Shown here: positions 56,191 through 64,000 of the stretch, in pieces
Position numbering within the stretch: the stretch's first letter is position 1
How the letters are laid out: each line of letters starts with the position of its first letter
Assembly: GCA_037440465.1 (NCBI GenBank)
Contig: JBBIUB010000001.1
Span: forward strand, 96,001 to 160,000
Direction: 5' to 3'
Length of the DNA stretch: 64,000 nt
Source of the DNA: Coprothermobacterota bacterium
Lineage (GTDB): Bacteria; Coprothermobacterota; HKB111
The notes under the pieces: model-generated
Told to the model about the DNA's origin: nothing
What the model saw: only the letters and a program-made list of their open reading frames with translations
The model's database searches: none
Position numbers and translations under genes: made by a program

Positions 56191-57414
56191 TTGAGTAAAA
56201 GAGAACCAAGAACTTCCAAGGGAATTAGAGCAAAAGATCTGCTCATTGAAAAAGCTGAAGAATTATTTTACCAGAAAGGCTATTTTCAGACTTCTATCCC
56301 AGCCATAGTTAAAGAAGCTCGTCTAAGTGTACCTTCTTTTTATCAATATTTTAAAAATAAGGAAGATGTTCTACTGGAGATTGTCTCAGTCCTATCTAAA
56401 GAGTTCCTGGGTGAATTACGGAAATCCCTGGAAAATACTGATAATACAGAAATTGCCATTCATAATTTCTATAAAACATTTCTTACCTTCCTTTATAACA
56501 ACAAGAAGAAGTATAAAATCTTCAGAGAAACAGAGTTTGCAGGCTACTCTTTCGTGAAGGATTTCTATATCCACCTAACAGACTTAGTAAAGGAATTTCT
56601 TTATAAAGATATTCCTTCAGACAAATTAAAAGATGACTTATCATATACCCTGATTGGTTCTGCATATTTCGTTGCTTTAAAAAAGATTGACTGGGAGAGC
56701 TCCTCAAACATAGATTTTCTTGCTGATAATCTTATTCAATTCTTTCTAAAAGGCATTGATAAAAAAAGAAACTATGTTTTTTCACCTGCCTGGAAGGAAA
56801 GAATAGAAATAACCTCTCAAGAACAAGTACTAACAAGGGGAGAGCGTACTCAGAAAGATATCCTAAAAGCTGCAGAAAAGCTTTTTGGAAATAAAGGTTT
56901 CTGGGAAACTCATATCTCTGATATAACTAACGATATTGATATTGGTCAAGGTACTTTCTACCTATATTTTGACTCTAAGATTGAACTCTTGAGCAAATTA
57001 GTAAAAGAAATTAATAGAGGGTTAAGATATACGGTTTACCAGTATATAAAAGAAGCCAGTGATAGGCGAGAGATAGAAGTTAAAGGTTTAGTAGCTTTCT
57101 CAGATTACATAATAGAACACAAAAACGCTTACCGTGTGGTACGAGAAGCTGAATTCGTTGATAGGGAAATAGGTAAATGGTATTACAACCGGGTTGTAGA
57201 GCCTTACGCTATCAAACTTAAAGAAGCCATTGAAAAAGGAGAAGTTTCCAGTATTGACCCTGAGATATTAGCACTGGCTATTATAGGAGTTGGTCATTTT
57301 CTGGGATTACGTTGGGTAGTCTGGAACAACGATAATAATAAAGGAATACCCTCTGAATCTCTTTACAATACTCTAAAGATTATTTTATGGGGAGCAAAAA
57401 ATGAAAAGAATTGA
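56191..57414 (+). CDS. Tandem (double) TetR-family regulator
   Basis: Two HTH modules: AEELF..KGY...FYQYFKNK and AEKLF..KGF...FYLYFDSK, each followed by RE.EF. Confidence 0.85.
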   Translation: MSKREPRTSKGIRAKDLLIEKAEELFYQKGYFQTSIPAIVKEARLSVPSFYQYFKNKEDVLLEIVSVLSKEFLGELRKSLENTDNTEIAIHNFYKTFLTFLYNNKKKYKIFRETEFAGYSFVKDFYIHLTDLVKEFLYKDIPSDKLKDDLSYTLIGSAYFVALKKIDWESSSNIDFLADNLIQFFLKGIDKKRNYVFSPAWKERIEITSQEQVLTRGERTQKDILKAAEKLFGNKGFWETHISDITNDIDIGQGTFYLYFDSKIELLSKLVKEINRGLRYTVYQYIKEASDRREIEVKGLVAFSDYIIEHKNAYRVVREAEFVDREIGKWYYNRVVEPYAIKLKEAIEKGEVSSIDPEILALAIIGVGHFLGLRWVVWNNDNNKGIPSESLYNTLKIILWGAKNEKN

Positions 57415-58684
57415 TATAGATGATCTTTTGAGGATTATCCCACCTAAAGCAAGTATCGTTGTAGGAATGGTTGCTGCTCAACCAAAAGAATTTCTTTTTA
57501 ACCTTCACAGGAAACAAGATGTAGAACTTATTACAGTGACTTTAGCTCTACCACTTGAGGCATATGAATTTTTTTCAAATCCTCTATATAAGGACAAATT
57601 TCTACTGGAAGCCTGGTATCATGGTCCTTTTGCCAGGAAGGCGTATGAGTTAGGAACTGTCACTTTTGTCCCCAATCAACTTAACAAAGCAGGTATTGAT
57701 AGACAAGAAGTAAATCCGCCAGATGTTATAGTTCTTACTTCGCCACCCATTGATCAATATGGATACTTTAACCTTTCTCTCTCTGTAACTTATGAAAAAT
57801 ACCTGGCTCTTCAAAAGAAAAAAGGAGCCATGGTTGTCATTGAAATCAATAAAAATCTTCCAAGAGTACTGGGAGATACATTTCTTCCCCATAGTTATGT
57901 TGATTACTATTATGAGACGGACATGCCCTTATTTTCACTTGAAGAACAGAAAACCCAGAGAGAGGAAGAAAAAATTGGCCATTTAATTTCAGAGTTAGTT
58001 GAAGATGGCTCAACTATTCAATTGGGAATAGGAGGCATTCCAAATACAGTTGCCTATCTTTTAGAAAAAAAAGAAGACCTCGGTGTTCATACCGAGATGA
58101 TAACAGAAAGTATGGCTTATCTTTACAGAAAGGGGGTGATTAACGGAAGAAAGAAGAGTTTTTATCCTGCTACTATGGTAGGAACTTTTATTTATGGTTC
58201 AGCAAAGCTCTACGAATTTGCTCATGAAAACCCTGCTGTCACACTTTTACCCGGACATATAACCAATGATCCATACGTTATAGGGCAACAACACAAGATG
58301 GTTTCAATAAATACAGCTCTTATGATAGATTTAAATGGTCAGGTATGCTCAGAAAGTATTGGTCTTGAGCAGATAACAGGTACAGGTGGTCAGGTAAATT
58401 TCCACACAGGTGCTCAGTTCTCTCGTGGAGGAAAAGGGATTTTAGCCATAAAATCAACAGCTCGAAATGGTGAATTGTCCTCTATAGTACCTGTACTACC
58501 TCTCGGTTCAACAGTGACCCTATCTCGTAACGATGTAGATTACATAGTAACTGAATATGGTGTTGGAAGGTTAAAAGGTAGAAGTGTAAAGGAAAGAGTA
58601 GAAATATTAATTTCTATCGCTCACCCGAAGTTCAAAGATTACCTTCGGGAAGAAGCAAAAAGACTAAAAATCTATAATTGGTAG
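57401..58684 (+). CDS. Acetyl-CoA hydrolase / 4-hydroxybutyrate CoA-transferase family
   Basis: TIQLGIGGIP, GVHTEM, GTGGQ, VTEYG, IAHP.F. Confidence 0.9.
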   Translation: MKRIDIDDLLRIIPPKASIVVGMVAAQPKEFLFNLHRKQDVELITVTLALPLEAYEFFSNPLYKDKFLLEAWYHGPFARKAYELGTVTFVPNQLNKAGIDRQEVNPPDVIVLTSPPIDQYGYFNLSLSVTYEKYLALQKKKGAMVVIEINKNLPRVLGDTFLPHSYVDYYYETDMPLFSLEEQKTQREEEKIGHLISELVEDGSTIQLGIGGIPNTVAYLLEKKEDLGVHTEMITESMAYLYRKGVINGRKKSFYPATMVGTFIYGSAKLYEFAHENPAVTLLPGHITNDPYVIGQQHKMVSINTALMIDLNGQVCSESIGLEQITGTGGQVNFHTGAQFSRGGKGILAIKSTARNGELSSIVPVLPLGSTVTLSRNDVDYIVTEYGVGRLKGRSVKERVEILISIAHPKFKDYLREEAKRLKIYNW

Positions 58685-58693
58685 GAGGAGAAT

Positions 58694-60259
58694 GTGAAAA
58701 AAATTATCAGTATGTTATTAGTGTTAAGTATTTTTGCATGGGGCGCTCCTCAATCGATCGCTCAAACTGAAGGAGATGGTTTGCTTTTGGTTTTGCAGGT
58801 AGGATCAACATCTTACTTTAAAAACGGAACTAAACTTGAAATTGATGTAAAACCAGAAATTCTTAAAGGAAGAACCTTCGTACCTATTAGATTTGTGAGT
58901 GAAGCCATGGGAGCTAAGGTTACATGGGTTGAAGCTACTAAAACTGTTATAGTATCCACTGATAAAACCACTATTACCTTAAAAGTGGGCAGCATAGAAG
59001 CTCTAATAGATGGCAAGAAACATACTTTAGAAGCCGCTCCTTACATTAAAACCGGCAGAACTATGGCACCAGTAAGGTTAGTTAGCGAAGGATTAGGTCT
59101 TAATGTTTACTGGGAAGGTAAAGCCAAGCAGATTTTCCTTAGAGGAAAACCAATGGTAACAGTTCCTGGAATTTCTGACAATGAGATTAAAATTGGTTCA
59201 TTTATTGCCCTCACAGGAGTTCTGGCTTTTATAGGAGTACCTTACTATCAGGGGTTTCAATCATACCTCAATATGGTGAATGACGAGGGCGGAATCAATG
59301 GAAGAAAAATTAATCTTATTGTGGAAGATGACCGTTTTGACCCTGCAAGAACCGTAATTGGAGTTAGAAAACTTGTTGAAGAAGATAAAGTCTTCGCTAT
59401 TGTTGGTGGACTTGGAACTCCAGGTAGCCTTGCAGTTATGGATTATCTGAATAAAGGCAAGGTTCCTTTTGTATATCAAGCATCTGGTGTCTCTGTACTA
59501 TCTATTCCTGCTAAGCGTTATATATTCTCTGTTCAGCCAAATTACTATAATGAAGGTCAGATATTCGTAAGATACATTGTAGGAGAATTGAAACAAAAAA
59601 AGATTGCTGTACTTTACCAGAATGATGACGCTGGTAGAGAAGGCTTATTCGGAGTTAATACTGGAATAAGGAGATTTGGAGGAAACCTTGTTGCTGACCT
59701 CCCCTTCCCTGGTACAGAAACAGACTTTACTCCATATCTTTTAAGAGTTAAAGCCAGCGGCGCAGAATCCCTGATAGTCTATACTCTCAGTGCAGGCATT
59801 GGTGGTACGATCGTTAAAGCGGCAAAGGCTTTGGGGCTTACTCAAAAAATATTCCTGCCATATCCACATGCTGGAATTATCGCTGCGGCTGGTGATGCCT
59901 CAGAAGATGTGTATGTAACTGGTTGGGTTGATTTTTCAGATGCAAAAGATCCAGGTGTCATTAAATTTTGGGAAACTTGGCTTAAGTACTATCCTAAAGG
60001 TGACCCCCTACTTTTTGCTTATGCAGTAGCTGGTTTTGTTGCTGGTGAAGTATTTGTGGAATCACTAAAAAGACTTGGACCTTATCCAAGCCGTGAAGCA
60101 CTAATCTGGGCGCTTGAAGCCTTTAAGGGATGGGATGGTTATCTTGTTAAAGACCTTAGCTACGGACCTAAAGAAAGATCAGGTAAATACTCCATGTTCT
60201 TTATGCAGGTTCAGAAAAAGGAGCTTAAGAAAGTTAGCAGCTGGATTTCTGTTTTCTAA
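58694..60259 (+). CDS. Stalk (copper amine oxidase N-terminal-like) domain fused to Liv-type substrate-binding protein
   Basis: GRTFVPIRFVSEAMGA and GRTMAPVRLVSEGLG repeats, then GISDNEIKIG...NDEGGINGRKI. Confidence 0.85.
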   Translation: MKKIISMLLVLSIFAWGAPQSIAQTEGDGLLLVLQVGSTSYFKNGTKLEIDVKPEILKGRTFVPIRFVSEAMGAKVTWVEATKTVIVSTDKTTITLKVGSIEALIDGKKHTLEAAPYIKTGRTMAPVRLVSEGLGLNVYWEGKAKQIFLRGKPMVTVPGISDNEIKIGSFIALTGVLAFIGVPYYQGFQSYLNMVNDEGGINGRKINLIVEDDRFDPARTVIGVRKLVEEDKVFAIVGGLGTPGSLAVMDYLNKGKVPFVYQASGVSVLSIPAKRYIFSVQPNYYNEGQIFVRYIVGELKQKKIAVLYQNDDAGREGLFGVNTGIRRFGGNLVADLPFPGTETDFTPYLLRVKASGAESLIVYTLSAGIGGTIVKAAKALGLTQKIFLPYPHAGIIAAAGDASEDVYVTGWVDFSDAKDPGVIKFWETWLKYYPKGDPLLFAYAVAGFVAGEVFVESLKRLGPYPSREALIWALEAFKGWDGYLVKDLSYGPKERSGKYSMFFMQVQKKELKKVSSWISVF

Positions 60260-60275
60260 ATAAAGAACCTGTAAC

Positions 60276-60304
60276 GAGGTGGGGGTAAAACCAACCCCCA
60301 CCTC
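60276..60304 (+). terminator. Hairpin after SBP gene (probably a stabiliser; no U-tract)
   Basis: GAGGTGGGGGT-aaaacca-ACCCCCACCTC. Confidence 0.6.
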
Positions 60305-60329
60305 AATTATCTAAGAAAGGGGAGAAGAG

Positions 60330-61070
60330 TTGTTAAAAGTAGAAAACCTTACAGTCAGGTTTGGTGGATTGGTAGCAATAAATAAACTTTCTTTTGAGGT
60401 AAAACAAGGCTCTATTCATGGATTGATAGGCCCCAATGGTGCTGGAAAAACAACCGTATTTAATAGTATATTTAAGATTGTTCCTTATGATGGAACAATT
60501 AATTTCAAAGGTAATGACATCAGAAAATATCCAACTCATACTCTACCAGCAATGGGGATTACCAGAACATTTCAGAACCTGAGTATTTTTTCTTCAATGA
60601 CTGTGAAAGAAAATATTTTAGTAGGATTACATGCCAAAACTAGTAGTCTTCTCCTTAAAGACCTAATCGGTCTATATGTAGATACAGAAAAAGAACTTCA
60701 GTACATAAGTAAATCTTTAGGTGTCACACTATTACTACCTACCTATGCAGCTTTCCTTCCCTTCGGGACACTCAAGATGGTGGAGTTGGCAAGAGCTCTG
60801 ATAAGCGGACCTGAGCTATTGTTGCTGGATGAACCTGGAGCAGGGTTAAACCTTACAGAAAAAGAGAAGCTTAAAGGCTTGATAAAAGAGGTCAAAAATA
60901 AGGGAATCACTGTTTTGATTGTAGAACATGATATGGGTATAATCATGGATGTTTCGGACCACATAACCGTTATGAATTTCGGAGAAAAGATAGCTGAAGG
61001 ATCTGCCGATGAAATATCTCACAATCAGAAAGTCATTGAAGCTTATTTGGGGGAGGAAATCTATGCTTAA
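60330..61070 (+). CDS. Liv-type ABC ATPase (LivG-like)
   Basis: FGGL, GPNGAGKT, RTFQN, DEPGAG. Confidence 0.88.
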   Translation: MLKVENLTVRFGGLVAINKLSFEVKQGSIHGLIGPNGAGKTTVFNSIFKIVPYDGTINFKGNDIRKYPTHTLPAMGITRTFQNLSIFSSMTVKENILVGLHAKTSSLLLKDLIGLYVDTEKELQYISKSLGVTLLLPTYAAFLPFGTLKMVELARALISGPELLLLDEPGAGLNLTEKEKLKGLIKEVKNKGITVLIVEHDMGIIMDVSDHITVMNFGEKIAEGSADEISHNQKVIEAYLGEEIYA

Positions 61071-61764
61071 AATTGAAAAATTATCATCAGGTTATGGACC
61101 TCTTGAAGCCATTCATGGAATTAGTTTAACCGTAGAAAAAGGAGAGATCGTCGCTGTTCTGGGCTCTAATGGAGCAGGTAAAACCACTCTCCTCAAGACC
61201 ATTTCAGGATTAATCAGACTGACAAAAGGCCACGTTTCCTTTGAAGGAACCATTTTGAACAATCTCGAACCCCCAAATATTGTTAAATTGGGTATTATAC
61301 ATATCCCTGAAGGTAGGCGCATTTTTCCTGGATTGACAGTCAGAGAAAACCTAACTCTTGCTGGGTATTACCTCAAAAAAAATGAGCTTGATAATAGAAT
61401 CAAATTTGCTTACTCAATTTTTCCTCTTTTAAAAGAAAGAGAAAAACAATCAGGAGGAACATTAAGTGGAGGAGAACAACAGATGCTTGCTCTGGCAAGG
61501 GGTTTGATACCAAATCCAAAATTACTTCTCATGGATGAACCATCTCTTGGTCTTGCTCCGAAACTTGTTTCTTTAATTTATCAAACGCTGGAGAAACTGA
61601 AAAAAAATGGAATCACTATTCTTCTTGTAGAACAGAATGCAAAAAAAGCCTTAGAGGTTTCAGATAGAGCTTATGTTCTTACTACTGGTTACCTTACCCT
61701 GGAAGGCACATCCAGAGGGCTTATGTCCAATGAAAATGTCAAGAAACTTTATTTAGGGAGGTAG
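61063..61764 (+). CDS. Liv-type ABC ATPase (LivF-like)
   Basis: GSNGAGKT, PEGRR, LSGGEQQM; ATG at 61063 after GGAGG. Confidence 0.88.
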   Translation: MLKIEKLSSGYGPLEAIHGISLTVEKGEIVAVLGSNGAGKTTLLKTISGLIRLTKGHVSFEGTILNNLEPPNIVKLGIIHIPEGRRIFPGLTVRENLTLAGYYLKKNELDNRIKFAYSIFPLLKEREKQSGGTLSGGEQQMLALARGLIPNPKLLLMDEPSLGLAPKLVSLIYQTLEKLKKNGITILLVEQNAKKALEVSDRAYVLTTGYLTLEGTSRGLMSNENVKKLYLGR

Positions 61765-61765
61765 A

Positions 61766-62638
61766 ATGTTTGATACACTATTAAACTTGACAGCAAGAGG
61801 ACTCTCTACAGGCGCAATATACAGCCTTATCGCCATGGGAATTGTGCTTATTTTCCAGACCACCAGTGTGATGAATTTTGCTCAAGGAAATGCAGGCATG
61901 TTTATCACTTACCTGGCTTTCTTCCTCTTAGCTTTAAAAGTCCCTTTTCCTTTAGTTATAATATTAGCTTTGTTATTTGGAGCTCTGTTCGGTGGATTAA
62001 CCGAAAGATTTTTGATGAGGAGAGTTAGAGAAAGGTCACATGTAGGACTTCTCATGATTACACTTGGTCTCGCGCTCATTTTCGAAGGTTTGGCTGCTTC
62101 TATCTTTGGAACATTTCCCCTCAACTTCCCTCCTATTTTAACCGGGCCTCCCGTGCATGTAGGTCCAATAATCTTAAGCAAACAAGATATCATCGTTAAT
62201 TTATTATCATTGGCATTGTTTACATTGCTATTCCTGGTTCTTTATAAAACTAAAATTGGGATAGGAGCAAGGAGTATTGCTGAAGATGAATACGGTGCTA
62301 GAGTTTTGGGAATACCTGTTTTTAATATCTACATCTTTATCTGGGCATTGGGCTTTGCTTTACCAGGTTTAGCAGGTATTCTGGTAGTACCAAGATTCTC
62401 TCTCGAGCCTCACTTTATGGTGCCAATACAGATAAAAGCCTTTACAGCAGCGGTTTTTGGAGGGATGAACTCTGTTCAGGGAGCCATTGTTGGCGGTCTT
62501 CTTCTTGGTGTTTTAGAAAATATCGTTGCTTTCTATTACCCTATCCTTAAAGAAAGTTTTTCTTTGATTTTGGTAGTAATTGTGCTTTTAATTTTTCCCA
62601 CTGGACTATTTGGTAAAAGATCTCAGAGGAGGTTTTGA
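61766..62638 (+). CDS. Liv-type ABC permease (LivH-like)
   Basis: YSLIAMG, NFAQG, KAFTAAVFGG. Confidence 0.88.
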   Translation: MFDTLLNLTARGLSTGAIYSLIAMGIVLIFQTTSVMNFAQGNAGMFITYLAFFLLALKVPFPLVIILALLFGALFGGLTERFLMRRVRERSHVGLLMITLGLALIFEGLAASIFGTFPLNFPPILTGPPVHVGPIILSKQDIIVNLLSLALFTLLFLVLYKTKIGIGARSIAEDEYGARVLGIPVFNIYIFIWALGFALPGLAGILVVPRFSLEPHFMVPIQIKAFTAAVFGGMNSVQGAIVGGLLLGVLENIVAFYYPILKESFSLILVVIVLLIFPTGLFGKRSQRRF

Positions 62639-63585
62639 TGAAAAAAACGACCTTTTTAAGTATTGCTTTAATAATTCTTGCGCTGTCTTTGCCTTTACCA
62701 TTTTTATACATGCAAAAACCTTCTATTGTTGGCTATTTTAACATGGTAATACTTTTCGCTATTGGTACTCAAGGCCTTAATTTACTTTTGGGATACGCAG
62801 GTCAAGTATCTTTAGGCCATGCGGCTTTCATGGCTATAGGAGGGTACATATCTGCTATCTTAGTTATGAGTTATAATGTTAATAGCCTTTTTGCCATTGT
62901 GATTGCTACAGCTTTTGCTGGTTTATGTGGTCTCCTGGTAGGTTTTCCTTCCCTGAGACTATCCGGATTTTATTTAGCCATAGCAACCATGGCTCTTGGT
63001 AGTGCCACTACTGACCTGATAAAAAGACTAAGCATTACAGGTGGAGACCATGGCTTAAGAAGCATCTCTCCACTTAAGATATTAAATTTTGAATTTTACT
63101 CTGAATTTTCCAAATACTATCTATTCTTATTCATGATGGTGACAATATTTTTACTTGTTAAAAACCTTATTAATAGTAGAAGCGGAAGAGCTCTAAGAGC
63201 AATAAGAGATGCAGAACTGACTGCTGAATCTGTAGGAATAAATGTAGCTTATTATAAACTTGTAGCTTTTGTCTTATCATCAATGATTGCAGGTTTAAGC
63301 GGAGCTTTATATGCTCATTCAGTTTCTTATCTACACCCCAATACTTTTGGGTTAGGTTTCTCTATCGAATTCCTGGCAATGGCTATAGTTGGAGGATTAG
63401 GAACAATCTGGGGTCCTCTTTTAGGGGCATCTTTCTGGGTGCTTCTACCCAGAATCATTGGACCACGATTAGAATACTTATCTACAGTAGTATTTGGTAT
63501 AGCAGTAATACTGAGTGTAATGTTTCTACCATATGGTTTGAGTGAGATTATCTATCGTTTAGAGAAAAAAATGAAATTAAGATAA
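62638..63585 (+). CDS. Liv-type ABC permease (LivM-like)
   Basis: GQVSLGH, LRLSGFYLAIAT, GRALRAIRD. Confidence 0.88.
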   Translation: MKKTTFLSIALIILALSLPLPFLYMQKPSIVGYFNMVILFAIGTQGLNLLLGYAGQVSLGHAAFMAIGGYISAILVMSYNVNSLFAIVIATAFAGLCGLLVGFPSLRLSGFYLAIATMALGSATTDLIKRLSITGGDHGLRSISPLKILNFEFYSEFSKYYLFLFMMVTIFLLVKNLINSRSGRALRAIRDAELTAESVGINVAYYKLVAFVLSSMIAGLSGALYAHSVSYLHPNTFGLGFSIEFLAMAIVGGLGTIWGPLLGASFWVLLPRIIGPRLEYLSTVVFGIAVILSVMFLPYGLSEIIYRLEKKMKLR

Positions 63586-64000
63586 AATTGAAAACTCTTC
63601 CCTTATTTCTAATGATAATTCAGCCAGGAGCTTAAGAGCCCTGGCTGAACCTTCTACAGACATAGACGCCAGGCCACAAGAAGGGGTTATAAGACTCTGC
63701 TTTACAACCTGTTTATAAGGAATGCCAATCTCCACGAAGGGTGCAACCGCTTTTTTAAGAAGTTCTTTTAGGCTATATATCGATTCTTTAGCCAGTATTT
63801 CCTCGTCATTAGGAATAATACCCCAGGCAATAATCCCTCCACGCTCAAAGAAAGTTTTTACTTCTTTAGTGTAAAGACCCAGGGACTCAGAATAGTTATA
63901 AGCATCAAAGCTCAAGATATCAATATCAGTGTTTAAGAGTAGTGCCCAGTCGGTATTACCACAACAGTGAATTCCCTTAAGGCCTTGAATTCCCTTAAGA
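63577..64000 (-). CDS. MetE-like (cobalamin-independent methionine synthase catalytic-domain-like) protein, 3' part
   Basis: Frame is open to the window end: GIHCCGNTDW...SFDAY...AWGIIP...ITPSCGL. Confidence 0.7.
   Translation of the reverse strand, partial: LKGIQGLKGIHCCGNTDWALLLNTDIDILSFDAYNYSESLGLYTKEVKTFFERGGIIAWGIIPNDEEILAKESIYSLKELLKKAVAPFVEIGIPYKQVVKQSLITPSCGLASMSVEGSARALKLLAELSLEIREEFSILS

Overview
AT-rich, gene-dense bacterial chromosome segment, probably from a fermentative anaerobe that uses amino acids and nucleosides. A stalk-domain-fused binding protein and non-lipoprotein binding proteins hint at a Caldisericota/Coprothermobacterota-like lineage (inference only). Main blocks: (1) 1-17046: minus-strand catabolic operon with two tungsten AOR-family oxidoreductases and their ferredoxin-like subunits, MoaD, a DHOD/DPD-like flavoprotein lacking the catalytic Cys, a CysK-fold PLP enzyme, a YgeY-like hydrolase, a YgeW-like carbamoyltransferase and an amidohydrolase. 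Divergent from it are MoeB/ThiF, a cupin and a BMP-type nucleoside ABC importer. (2) 17043-30925: housekeeping and envelope genes (gcvH, bactofilin/M23, HU, ctpA, envC-like, ftsEX, frameshifted prfB, secA, hpf, comF, hutI, formiminotransferase). (3) natAB-like exporter, a truncated MBL pseudogene, livKHMGF, proC, hutH and a decarboxylase alpha/delta/gamma set. (4) ftsH-hpt-tilS, tRNA-Met, tRNA-fMet, an arcE-arcB-arcC arginine-synthetase operon and rplM-rpsI. (5) 52615-63585: operon with two KAS III-fold proteins that have lost the His/Asn catalytic residues, a hydrolase, a FabG/PhaB-like SDR, a double TetR, a CoA transferase and a Liv-type importer. The best candidates for undescribed biology are block 1 (possible tungsten-dependent variant of anaerobic nucleobase ring degradation) and block 5 (possible hydroxyacid/PHB-oligomer catabolism with non-decarboxylating KAS III enzymes). 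No CRISPR array, rRNA or intact mobile element was seen.
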